A model generated the notes under the pieces. That model worked only from the letters and a program-made list of their open reading frames with translations. It had not been told where the DNA came from and searched no databases. Both the position numbers and the translations under genes were made by a program. A DNA stretch of 64,000 nucleotides, from the NCBI GenBank assembly GCA_028826165.1, contig JAPDFW010000084.1, forward strand, positions 248,001 to 312,000, given 5' to 3'. The stretch is from Anaeramoeba ignava BMAN. Lineage: Eukaryota; Protista; Anaeramoebae. Positions 1 to 11,597 of the stretch are shown in pieces (positions within the stretch are counted from its first letter, which is position 1; the number at the start of each line of letters is the position of its first letter).

Positions 1-786
1 AATTTGATAATTTTCTTGAGTATAAACATTAAAGACAATTAAATCAAAAGCATCTGGATTTTGTGAAATCCAATCACTAACAGTTTTTAAAGCGATTTTT
101 GTAGCAAAAGAAGGATCATATCCAAACATGCCACAAGAAATACAACAAAAAGCAATAGATTTAACAGAATTTTTGAAAGCAATATCAAGAGAAGAACGGT
201 AACAAGAAGCGAGTAAATGGGGGTCATTATTGCTTTTAGGGCCAACAGTGTGGATTACAAATTTGACAGGAAGGCAAAAACCTTCAGTAATTTTTGCTTT
301 TCCTTCTGGTTCTAAATGGTCTTGATTTTCCATGATTTCTTTGCATTTTTGTCTTAAACGAGGACCTGCTTTCATGTGGATTCTGTTATCAATACAAGGA
401 TGATTTGGTACAAAACAACCGAGTAAATACTCATTTGCTGCATTAACAATTGCATCAATTTTTAAATCTGTTATATCCCCTTTATAAAGTGAAATTTTCT
501 TATTGAATTCTAAACGTGGAAGTTCAAGTGAGTTTATTATTGTTGTTTTCGATAGTTCAAAAAGTAATAAGTTGTCAACTTGTTTTAATGTTGATTCGGG
601 AAAATTGTTCTCAAAAATTGTTAATAATCTTTGTAATTCTTTTCGTATTTTTTTTGGTTTTTTTCTTTCTAAAAATTCTATAAATTTTTTTTGTTTTATT
701 TCGTTTTTTGGATTCATGTCTTTAAATACTTGAATTGTTGTTTGATAAAGAAGTTTTGGATAATCAATTTCAGTTTCTTTTTCCAT
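1..786 (-). CDS. Zn-loop macrodomain protein (ADP-ribosylhydrolase, SirTM-associated type); 3' end runs off the window
   Basis: Open minus-strand frame from ATG at 786 (absent from the ORF track because the stop is outside the window): ...YKGDITDLKIDAIVNAANEYLLGCFVPNHPCIDNRIHMKAGP...VIHTVGP...SIAFCCISCGMFGY. These are macrodomain motifs with a C-x4-H-x-C insertion. Confidence 0.9.
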   Translation of the reverse strand, partial: MEKETEIDYPKLLYQTTIQVFKDMNPKNEIKQKKFIEFLERKKPKKIRKELQRLLTIFENNFPESTLKQVDNLLLFELSKTTIINSLELPRLEFNKKISLYKGDITDLKIDAIVNAANEYLLGCFVPNHPCIDNRIHMKAGPRLRQKCKEIMENQDHLEPEGKAKITEGFCLPVKFVIHTVGPKSNNDPHLLASCYRSSLDIAFKNSVKSIAFCCISCGMFGYDPSFATKIALKTVSDWISQNPDAFDLIVFNVYTQENYQI

Positions 787-1053
787 TTTATTATTAAATT
801 TACTTATTAAAAAATAAATGAAAAAAATGAAAAAAAATTAAAATGAAAAAATTTATTTTTCTTCTTTTTTTTTTCTTCTTTTTTTTAATAAAGAAAAAAA
901 TTTTTTTTAATTTTTTCTTTTTTAATTTTATTGTTTATTAAATCAAGCAAAGTTTACGAAATTTTAAAAGAAATTTATTAAAATTTATAAAATAGAAAAT
1001 TTATAAATGAAAAAAAAGCTCTTTTTATTTTAAAAAAAAATAGTTTTTGGATA

Positions 1054-2312
1054 AAATCAATTTACAAATCAATTTCACAAATCAATTTCACAAATCAATT
1101 TCTCAATCAATTTCAAGTTATAAATCAATTTCAAGTTATAAATCAATTTCAATTTCTCAACCAATTTCAAGTTATAAATCAATTTCTCAATCAATTTCTC
1201 AATCAATTTCTCAATCAATTTCTCAATCAATTTCTCAATCAATTTCTCAATCAATTTCTCAATCAATTTCAAGTTATAAATCAATTTCAAGTTATAAATC
1301 AATTTCTCAATCAATTTATAAATCAATTTCTCAATCAATTTATAAATCAATTTCTCAATCAATTTATAAATCAATTTCTCAATCAATTTCAAGTTATAAA
1401 TCAATTTCACAACCAATTTCAATTTATAAATCAATTTCAAGTTATAAATCAATTTCAAGTTATAAATCAATTTCTCAAATCAATTTCTCAATCAATTTCA
1501 ATTTATAAATCAATTTCAATTTATAAATCAATTTCAATTTATAAATCAATTTCAATTTCTCAATCAATTTCAATTTATAAATCAATTTCAAGTTATAAAT
1601 CAATTTCAATTTATAAATCAATTTCAAGTTATAAATCAATTTCAATTTATAAATCAATTTCAAGTTATAAATCAATTTCTCAATCAATTTCAATTTATAA
1701 ATCAATTTCAAATCAATTTCAATTTATAAATCAATTTCAATTTATAAATCAATTTCAATTTATAAATCAATTTCAAGTTATAAATCAATTTCAAGTTATA
1801 AATCAATTTCAATTTATAAATCAATTTCAATTTCTCAATCAATTTCAAGTTATAAATCAATTTCTCAATCAATTTCAAGTTATAAATCAATTTCTCAATC
1901 AATTTCAAGTTATAAATCAATTTCAATTTCAAGTTATAAATCAATTTCAAGTTATAAATCAATTTCAAGTTATAAATCAATTTCAATTTATAAATCAATT
2001 TCAAGTTATAAATCAATTTCAATTTATAAATCAATTTCAAGTTATAAATCAATTTCTCAATCAATTTCTCAATCAATTTCTCAATCAATTTCTCAATCAA
2101 TTTCTCAATCAATTTCTCAATCAATTTCTCAATTAATTTCAAGTTATAAATCAATTTCTCAATCAATTTCACAACCAATTTCACAATCAATTTCAATTTA
2201 TAAATCAATTTCAATTTCACAATCAATTTCAAGTTATAAATCAATTTCAATTTATAAATCAATTTCAATTTATAAATTAATTTCAATTTAAAAATTAATT
2301 TCAATTTAAAAA
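1054..2312. repeat. Modular intergenic minisatellite: AATCAATTTC core joined to TC / AAGTTATA / AATTTATA modules (12- and 18-nt units)
   Basis: Directly visible; source of the spurious SISQ/LIEK ORFs at 1047-2316. Confidence 0.95.
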
Positions 2313-2399
2313 TCACAAAAATAAAACTAATGGTAATTTTAATTTAATTATAATTATATTTAATTAGGAAAGTAAATAATATGAAGAAAATTGTAGATA

Positions 2400-2870
2400 A
2401 ATTTAAAAATGAACTTCTATTTAAAAATGAACTTCAATTTAAAAATGAATTTAAAAGTTAAAAATGAACTTCTATTTAAAATGAACTTCTATTTAAAATG
2501 AACTTCTATTTAAAATGAACTTCAATTTAAAAATGAATTTAAAAGTTAAAAATGAACTTCTATTTAAAATGAACTTCTATTTAAAATGAACTTCTATTTA
2601 ATATGAACTTCTATTTAAAAATGAATTTAAAAGTTAAAAATGAACTTCTATTTAAAATGAACTTCTATTTAAAATGAACTTCTATTTAATATGAATTTAA
2701 AAGTTAAAAATGAATTTAAAAATGAATTTAAAAATGAATTTAAAAATGAATTTAAAAATGAATTTAAAAGTTAATTTAAAAATGAATTTAAAAATGAATT
2801 TAAAAATGAATTTAAAAGTTAAAAATGAACTTCTATTTAAAAATGAATCTAAAAATGAACTTAAAATATA
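2400..2870. repeat. Modular intergenic minisatellite (AAAATGAACTTCTATTT / AAAAATGAATTT / AAAAGTT)
   Basis: Directly visible tandem units of 12-18 nt. Confidence 0.9.
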
Positions 2871-3236
2871 ATCTTAAAAAAGTTCATTTTTTAATTTAAA
2901 ATGGAGTTCAAATAAAAATGTGAATTAAAAATTTAATCACTTTTTTTAAAAAGTGGAATTTAAATTTGAAAACAAAACAAAACAAAACAAAACAAAACAA
3001 ATATTTGAGAAAATGTTGTTTTTTTTTAAACAACAAACATATATTAATATTAATATTAATATTAATTAATTAATTAATTACAAAATAATTCAAATTAGAA
3101 ATTTTTTTTTGTTTAAAAAAAATTTAAAAGAAAACAAAAAGGAAAAATAATTTAAAAAATTTTTTTTCAATTAAAAAAAAAAAATGAAAAAAAAATGAAA
3201 AAAAAAAAATTTATTTTACAATTTAATTTAAAATTT

Positions 3237-6200
3237 ATGGATCAACAAAAAGAAAGTTTACAATGGGATTGGGAAGGTTCTAAGTATGTATTTGAACAAT
3301 TAACATCAATTACACCTTCTACACCCGAAGCAAATAAAATTCAAGCAATTTCAACGTTTGCAGTTGAAAATCATAAAGTAAGTTAATAATTGTTTTTTAT
3401 TTTCCTTTTAAATTTTTTTTAAACAATTCCAAAAAAAAAAAAAGAAGTTTATTTAATTTCTTCTTCAAAATTCAATTTAGAAAATGTTTAAATTATCTTT
3501 TAAAATTGAAATTTAAAAAAAATTTAAAAAATAAATTTTAAAAAACAAATTGAAATTTTAAATTAAAATTGGAATTACAAAAAAAAAATTTAAAAAATAA
3601 ATTTAAATTCAAATTTAGAAAATGATCAAATTACTTTTAAAACTAAAAGCTAAAAATTTAATAATAATTTTAATAATAAATATAATAATAATTTTAATAA
3701 TTATTTTAATAATAATTTTAATAATAATTTTAATAATAATTTTAATAATAATTTTAATAATAATTTAATAATAAATTTAATAATAATTTTAATAACAAAT
3801 ATAATAATAAATTTAATAATAATTTTAATAATAAATTTAATAATAATTTTAATAATAATTTTAATAATAATTTAATAATAATTTTAATAATCAATTTTAA
3901 TAATAAATTTAATAATAAATTTAATAATAATTTAATAATAAATTTAATAATAAATTTAATAATTTTAATAATCAATTTAATAATAATTTTAATAATAATT
4001 TTAATAATAATAAATTTTAATAATAATTTTAATAATAATTTAATAATAAATTTAATAATAAATTAAATAATAAATTTAATAATAAATTTAATAATAAATT
4101 TAATAATAGATTTAATAATAAATTTAATAATAAATTTAATAATAAATTTAATAATAAATTTAATAATAAATTTAATAATAAATTTAATAATAAATTTAAT
4201 AATAATTTTAATAATAATTTTAATAATAATTTTTAATAATAATTTTTAATAATAAATTTTAATAATAAATTTAATAATAATTTTAATAATAATTTTAATA
4301 ATAAATTTAATAATAAATTTAATAATAAATTTAATAATAATTTTAATAATAATTTTAATAATAATTTTAATAATAAATTTAATAATAAATTTAATAATTA
4401 ATTTAATAATAAATATAATAATAATTTTAATAATAATTTTAATAATAAATTTAATAATTAATTTTAATAATAAATATAATAATAAATTTAATAATAAATA
4501 TAATAAATTTTAATAAATATAATAATAAATTTAATAATAAATTTAATAATAATTTTAATAATAAATTAAATAATAAATTTTAATAATAATTTTTAATAAT
4601 AATTTAATAATAATTTTAATAATAAATTTTATAATAAATTAAATAATAAATTTAATAATAAATTTAATAATAAATTTAATAATAAATTTAATAATAAATT
4701 TAATAATAAATTTAATAATAAATTTTAATAATAAATTTAATAATAAATTTAATAATAAATTTAATAATAAATTTAATAATAAATTTAATAATAAATTTAA
4801 TAATAAATTTAATAATAAATTTAATAATAATTTTAATAATAATTTTAATAATAAATTTAATAATTAATTTTAATAATAATTTTAATAATAATTTTAATAA
4901 TAAATTTAATAATAATTTTAATAATAATTTTAATAATAATTTTAATAATAAATATAATAATAATTTTAATAATAAATTTAATAATAATTTTAATAATAAA
5001 TTTAATAATAATTTTAATAATAATTTTAAATAATAAATTTTAATAATAATTTTAATAATAATTTTATAATAATTTTAATAATAATTTTAATAATAATTTT
5101 AATAATAATTTTAATAATAATTTTAATAATAAATTTAATAATAAATTTAATAATAATTTAATAATGAATTTAATAATAAATTTAATAATAAATTTAATAA
5201 TAATTTAATAATAAATTTAATAATAAATTTAATAATAATTTAAATAATAATTTTATATATAATTTTAATAATAATTTTAATAATAATTTTTATATATAAT
5301 TTTATATATAATTTTAATAATAAACATAATAATAATTTTAAATAATAATTTTAATAATAATTTTAATAATAAATTTAATAATAAATTTAATAATAATTTT
5401 AATAATAATTTTAATAATAAATTTAATAATAAATTTAATAATAATTTTTAAATAATTTTAATAATAATTTTTAATAATAAATTTAATAATAAATTTAATA
5501 ATAATTTAATAATAATTTTAATAATAATTTTAATAATAATTTTAATAATAATTTTAATAATAATTTTAATAATAATTTAATAATAATTTTAATTATAAAT
5601 TTAATAATAATTTTAATAATAAATATAATAATAAATTTTAATAATAATTTAATAATAATTTTAATAATATTTTAATAATAATTTAATAATAATTTAATAA
5701 TAATTTTAATAATAATTTTAATAATAATTTTTATAATAAATTTAATAATAAATTTTAATAATAAATATAATAATAATTTTAATAATAAATTTAATAATAA
5801 ATTTAATAATAATTTTAATAATCAATTTAATAATAATTTTAATAATAAATTTAATAATAATTTTATATATAATTTTATAATAAATATAATAATAAATATA
5901 ATAATAATTTTAATAATAAATTTAATAATCAATATAATAATAAATTTAATAATCAATATAATAATAAATTAAATAATAAATTAAATAATAATTTTAATAA
6001 TAATTTTAATAATAAATTTTAATAATAATTTTAATAATAATTTAATAATAAATTTAATAATAAATTTAATAATAATTTTAATAATAATTTTAATAACAAA
6101 TTTTAATAATAATTTTAATAATAATTTTTAATAATAATTTTAATAATAATTTTATATATAATTTAAATAATAATTTTATATATAATTTTAATAATAAACA

Positions 6201-8450
6201 TAATAATAATTTAAATAATAATATAATAATAATTTTAATAATAATTTTAATAATAATTTTAATAATAATTTTTATATATAATTTTAATAATAATTTTAAT
6301 AATAATTTTAATAATAATTTTAATAATAAATTTATTAATAAATTTAAATTTAAAAGAATTTCAAATTTGTTGTTGCCACAATTGAAAATTTTGCACAAAG
6401 AGTTGCAAAAGATAGTTCATTGGTGATTTTATATTCAATAGATTCTATTGTAAAAAAAAGTCAACAAACATTTAAAGAAAATGATTTATATACAAAAGAA
6501 TTTGAAAAAAATCTTGAAATGTTGATTTATGGAATGATGGAATCTAACGATCAATTTTGGGTAAAAAAATAAAAATAAAAATTAAATTAATTAAATTAAA
6601 TTAATTATTAAAATTTAAAAAAAAGGACCCAATATGTAAAGTCATTTCCATATGGAAGAAACATAACATCTTTGATGCAGATTTATTGGATAGAATTATC
6701 TGGGCAGCTTATAATTCTGATGCATTTAATTACATTGAAAAACATATTACAGATAAAACATATCTGACAAACCTCCCCACAAAATTTGGGATCACAAAAA
6801 CAAGAGAATCTCAAATACCCCAGAATAACATTATCGAACAAACACACTCAAATTATCCGCCAAGACTCGAATTATCAAATCAATACCCAAACGAGAACAA
6901 AATTAGCATTCAAGAAAATCAATTTCGTGACAAGAAAGATTTTTATTCACAAAATAAAGAAGACATCGAAATGCGGATGCAAATGAAACAACAAGAGATA
7001 GAAAAGCAGAAACAAGAATATGGACCAAGAATGATTCCACGAGAAGAAGTAGATGAATATTATCCACAAAGAGCAAATGAATGGGAACAAGGACAGGAAG
7101 AAGCATTTTTACAACATAAAATGTATGAATATTATGAAGACCCAAAATTATCAGAAGACCAAGTGTATCAGAACGCAGAGAGTTATCCCGACCAATGGAG
7201 TTACAACACCCATAATAACTATGGTCCTCAATCACAAGAAGTTCATCAATTCAGAGAAAATTCAGGTGAAAATCCTCAATATTTCCGCGAAATTGATCCC
7301 AATGAAAATATGCAACAAAGACAAAAACGCCAAAATGGTTTTAATTCAAGGAATTATCCTGGTAACGGTTATACAGGAAATAGTCCTAATTTTAACTCAA
7401 ATAATTCTGGAAATATCACAACTTTATTTATTCGAAATATCAAAAATCATGAAGAAAAAGAAAATTTAGAAGAAATACTTTCAAAATACACAGGTTTCTT
7501 AAAGTTTAGTGTAAGTTTTAATCTAAAAAAAAAAGAAAAGAATATTAATTTGAATATTTTTGCTTTTTTTTAAAAAAAAAAATTTTTTTTTTGATCCACT
7601 TTTTGATCCACTTTTTGATCCACTTTTTAATCAACAGTATATTGATCATAAAGGAATTGCTTTTGTGAGATTTGAACAAAGAGATCAAGCACAACATGCA
7701 ATGCATGAAATGCAAGACACACAAACACATTTCCAATTTGCATGGGCAAGACCAAGAAAATTTGGGCAAAAATTTACACATTCAAGATATAACGAAGGAC
7801 AAAATTCTCGGAGATATGAACAGAACACTAACCGGGATGGAAACTCACAACGAAACTACACAGGATATTATCAAAAAAACGAATACGACTCTTTTGATTC
7901 TAACGGAAATTATTACCCTTCAAATGAGAAAAAAAAGGATCGAGAAAATTACTCTTCAGATCAAGTTTCTCGATATCAAAAATCTTTGGATGATGAATCT
8001 AATCAACCTGAGCTCTCCAATCAACAACGTTTTGATTCAGGTTTCCATTCTAATCATTCGCGCGGTCGTGTCTCAAGTCCTTATCCCCGAAAAAGACAAT
8101 ACAAAAGCAATATTCAAAATGTCAGTCCTGAAGACACTAATAATCATTATTACTATGAAGAATTAAAAAGATCACATTCTTTTAAAGATCAAAAATATCC
8201 ACAGAATACATCTCCTTCAAATGGAGATCAATATTTTTCTCAAAATCAAAATTCAAATCAAAATTTAAATCAAAATTCAAATGAAAATTTAAATCAAAAT
8301 TCAAATCAAAATTCAAATCAAAATCAATATATTCAAGAATTTCCAAATTCTCTTAATTATCGTTCAAATGAAAATGAACAAAATTATCGAAATAATCAAA
8401 ATTATAATATCGTTTATGATAGCAAAGATTCAAATGATGATAATGATTAA
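3237..8450 (+). CDS. CID + RRM protein, Nrd1/Seb1/SCAF4-8-like RNA polymerase II CTD-binding factor
   Basis: Exons 3237-3377, 6357-6560, 6626-7510, 7638-8450; all GT-AG, phase 0. CID motif FKFVVATIENF...LVILYSIDSIVKKS...KVISIWKKHNIF. RRM with RNP2 TLFIRNI and RNP1 KGIAFVRF. Confidence 0.85.
3655..6345. repeat. (AATAATAAATTT/AATAATAATTTT)n ~12-mer array filling intron 1 (3378-6356) of the CID-RRM gene
   Basis: Nearly pure A/T tandem array between a GTAAGT donor (3378) and an AAG acceptor (6356). Confidence 0.95.
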
Positions 8451-8711
8451 TCAAATCAAATCAAATCAAATTAAATCAAATCAAATCAAGAAATTTTTAA
8501 ATGAAAATTTTTCTTTTTTTTATTTTTTTTCTCTTTTCTTTTCAAAAGAAAAAAACCAATTTATCAAAACAATATTTACTGTTAAAATCAAAATAAAAAT
8601 CAAAATAAAAATCAAAACAAAAATCAAAACAAAACAAACAATTTTTTTTTCATTTTTTGGATTCTTTTAAAAAAAAAAAGTGGAACAAACAAAAAAAAAA
8701 CAGTTTTTTCT

Positions 8712-10226
8712 TTATCTAAAATGATCATTTAAACAAATATCTTGAAAATTATCAATTCTTTCTGTTATATATTTTTGAATTTTTAATGTTTTTATTATTG
8801 GTTCATCAGAAGGAGAATAAGGATAATTTGTAATTTTTCTTCTTCTTAATTTCCCTCTATAAAAACAAACACTTTGTATACGAATATCTATTTTTTCATT
8901 TGGAAAATTATCAGGAAATTGAACTAATAAAAAAAAAGAAAAGGAAAAATTGAAAAATGAATTTGTTTTTGTTTTTGTTTTTGTTTTTGTTTTTTAAAAT
9001 ACAGAAAATAATGAATGGAAAATTTTTTGTTGAAATTAAAAAACTAATTGAAAAGAATGATTCTGAATCATATTCTAAAGGTCTTTTAAAGAAAATAAAT
9101 TAAAGAATTGATATAAAATTGAATTAAATTTTTTAAATGTTTTAAATGTTTTAAATGTTTTACGTTCCAAAAATTTCAATTAAAGATTCAATCATTTTTT
9201 CTCTTTTGGTTTTTAATTCCTTAATATTCAAAATATTCATTTCAATTAATTTTCGAATTGAAGCAATATAAGTAACAATACAAGAATCATTAGTCCAAGG
9301 AATTAAAGGAAAAGGAGTATGATTTAAAACAGATCCATTTTTTGAAGAAGAAATTTTAGGGGAATTTTTAAAAGGATAATAAAATTGAAAAATAAGAGAA
9401 ACATTTGGAAAGTGTTGATTTTGAATTGGAATAGAAAATATCACAAATTTAGTTTCTTCATCAAAATTTATTTTTATATTTGGGTTTTGTTGAAACATTT
9501 CAATTTCAAATTTTATTTTCTTATTTTCCAAAATCCAATTAGGGAAATTTTTTTTGGATTGTTTGAAAATTGTGAAATAAACTTCTTCAATAAGTTTTCT
9601 TAAACTTGTTGGATCTTTACTGTTCCATCTTTGGAAACTTTGAATATTTGGATAATGAATTTTGAATTCAAAAGAAGGAGGAAGAATTAAATCTGGTGAA
9701 GAATTTAAGTTATTGAGATCAAAAATTACTTGAACTAAATAATAAAAAATTTTGAATATTTTGAATGAATTGTTTTAAATATTTTGAATGAATTGTTTTG
9801 AATAAATTGTTTTAAATGAATTTGTTTTGAATATTTTAATTGAATTGTTTTGAATTAAATGTTTTGAATGAATTTGTTTTAAATATTTTAAATGAATTGT
9901 TTTGAATGAATTGTTTTGAATTAAATGTTTTAAATGTTTTAAATGTTTTAAATGTTTTAAATGTTTTAAATGTTTTAAATGTTTTAAATGTTTTAATTGT
10001 TTTAAATGAATTTGTTTCGTTTTTCAAATGTTGTTTTACTTTCGAATTTATTTGAATTATGAATAATTTCAATAACAAAACGATCAAAATATTTAGAATT
10101 TCTTTTAGAAGATTGAAAATTTTTCAGAATAAAATTTAATTGAGATTTTTCATTGTATTTATTAATTTGATTAATAAAAGATTGAATAAAATTAGGTTCA
10201 ATAACAGGAAAATTAGAATAAAACAT
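8712..10226 (-). CDS. BABAM2: BRE/BRCC45 (BABAM2)-like subunit of the BRISC/BRCA1-A complexes
   Basis: Exons 10226-10040, 9734-9164, 9082-9003, 8923-8712 join in frame. Motifs DRFVIEI, IQVIFD...SPDLIL, WNSKDPTSL, PLEYDSESF, FPDNFP, YPYSP match the BRE family. Confidence 0.85.
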
Positions 10227-10335
10227 TCAAAATTAAATACAAAAAAAAAAGAATAAAAATGAAAAAAAATAAAATTAAAATTTTTTTGCTTTTTTTTTAT
10301 CATTTTTTGTTGTCAAAAAAAAAAAATATAAAAGA

Positions 10336-11202
10336 TTAAAAGAAATAATAACTTTGATCATCAATTTTTAATTTAGGGAAAATTTCACGTAATAATTTTC
10401 GAAGACCAATTGGAGCAGAAATAAGAACTGAATAATCATTTGGAAGAGGAAAGAAAAAAGAGGATAAATCTTCTTCAGTAAGAAAACCGACATATTGATT
10501 TTTAATTTGAAGAGTGTATTGAAAACGTTGAGGAAATTGAGAAGAAATTTTTTCGAATTTTTTTATGAAAATAAAATCATCTTTAATTTTTGAAGTGTAT
10601 AATAAATGAATCTTTGGTTTTGAAGGATGGGATAAAAGGAAATAGTCAATCAAGCGAGCAAACACTGTGATCCCAATGCCACCAGCAATGATGTATATAT
10701 CCTGGTAGGGTTTGTTGTCGCAGAAAAACATCCCTTTTGGGCCGGAAAGTTCAACTTGAGAGTTTATGATCTCAGCGGAGTCAATAAATTTCGAGATTTG
10801 ACCCTTTTCTTGGATTTTTATGCAGAGACCAATTGTTAATGACTCTTTGTTGTAAGAGACAGGTGTGTAAGTGCGGTATATTTTCTTGCCATCAACGGAA
10901 GCGCGGAGGGTAATGTGATGACCCAATGGAATATCTAATCCAATTTTTTTTGTTTTTTTTGGATTTTCTGTTGGAATTACATATTGGAATTTCACAAATT
11001 TAACTGATGATGTTAATTGCTTGATTTCAGTTATTATGTATTTTTGAAATTTATTTGGAATTAATGCTTTAATTTCTTTGATTTCTTTTTTATTTTGATT
11101 TTTTGTTTTGTATAATAAAATTGTGATTAATATTATAATTAAAAGTAAAATTGGAATAGAAAAAATTGGAGAAGGGAAAAATAAAGAAATATAAGGATTC
11201 AT
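10336..11202 (-). CDS. NADH-cytochrome b5 reductase-like FAD/NAD oxidoreductase with N-terminal membrane anchor
   Basis: Single exon; LDIPLGHHI, RTYTP (FAD-binding RxYT/S), GQISKF, GPKG and IAGGIGIT motifs. Confidence 0.9.
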   Translation of the reverse strand: MNPYISLFFPSPIFSIPILLLIIILITILLYKTKNQNKKEIKEIKALIPNKFQKYIITEIKQLTSSVKFVKFQYVIPTENPKKTKKIGLDIPLGHHITLRASVDGKKIYRTYTPVSYNKESLTIGLCIKIQEKGQISKFIDSAEIINSQVELSGPKGMFFCDNKPYQDIYIIAGGIGITVFARLIDYFLLSHPSKPKIHLLYTSKIKDDFIFIKKFEKISSQFPQRFQYTLQIKNQYVGFLTEEDLSSFFFPLPNDYSVLISAPIGLRKLLREIFPKLKIDDQSYYFF

Positions 11203-11239
11203 TAATTTGAAATGAAAAATGAAAAATGAAAAATGAAAA

Positions 11240-11550
11240 ATGAAATATTAAAAATATAAAAATATTAAAATATCAAAAATATTAAAAATATAAAAATATT
11301 AAAAAATATTCAAAATATCAAAATATTAAAAAAAATATATTAAAAAAATTAATAAAAATATTAAAAATATTAAAAATATCAAAAATAATAAAAATATTAA
11401 AATTATTAAAAATATCAAAAATATCAAAAATATTAAAAATATCAAAAATATTAAAAATATTAAAAATATAAAAAATATTAAAAATATTAAAATTATTAAA
11501 AATATTAAAAATATCAAAAATATTAAATCAAAAATTATTAAAAATATAAA
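11240..11550. repeat. (AAAAATATT/AAAAATATC)n 9-mer intergenic array
   Basis: Directly visible. Confidence 0.9.
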
Positions 11551-11597
11551 AATAAAAGTTTATAGAATTTAATTCAATCCTTTAAAAAATTGGAAAA

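Noticed and set aside
1047-2316. ORFs with SISQ / LIEK / LIYNLK repeats
   Set aside because: Translations of a minisatellite with units in multiples of 3; non-ATG starts, open on both strands, no unique sequence.
2330-2460. ATG + GT..AG (2333-2367) + 4-nt GAAA + GT..AG (2372-2396) micro-exon-like arrangement
   Set aside because: The spliced product is only 23 aa and runs into repeat; such signals arise easily by chance in AT-rich DNA.
1054-2870. CRISPR-like or telomeric interpretation of the arrays
   Set aside because: No unique spacers or cas genes, eukaryotic context, no G-rich telomere-type unit, and genes on both sides.
3754-6398. I/K/L/N-rich ORFs here and at 11326, 13772, 24819, 32411, 38570, 42459, 49824, 50375-51847 and 52320-52889
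   Set aside because: They lie in intronic or intergenic repeats, or are off-frame/antisense readings of repeats.
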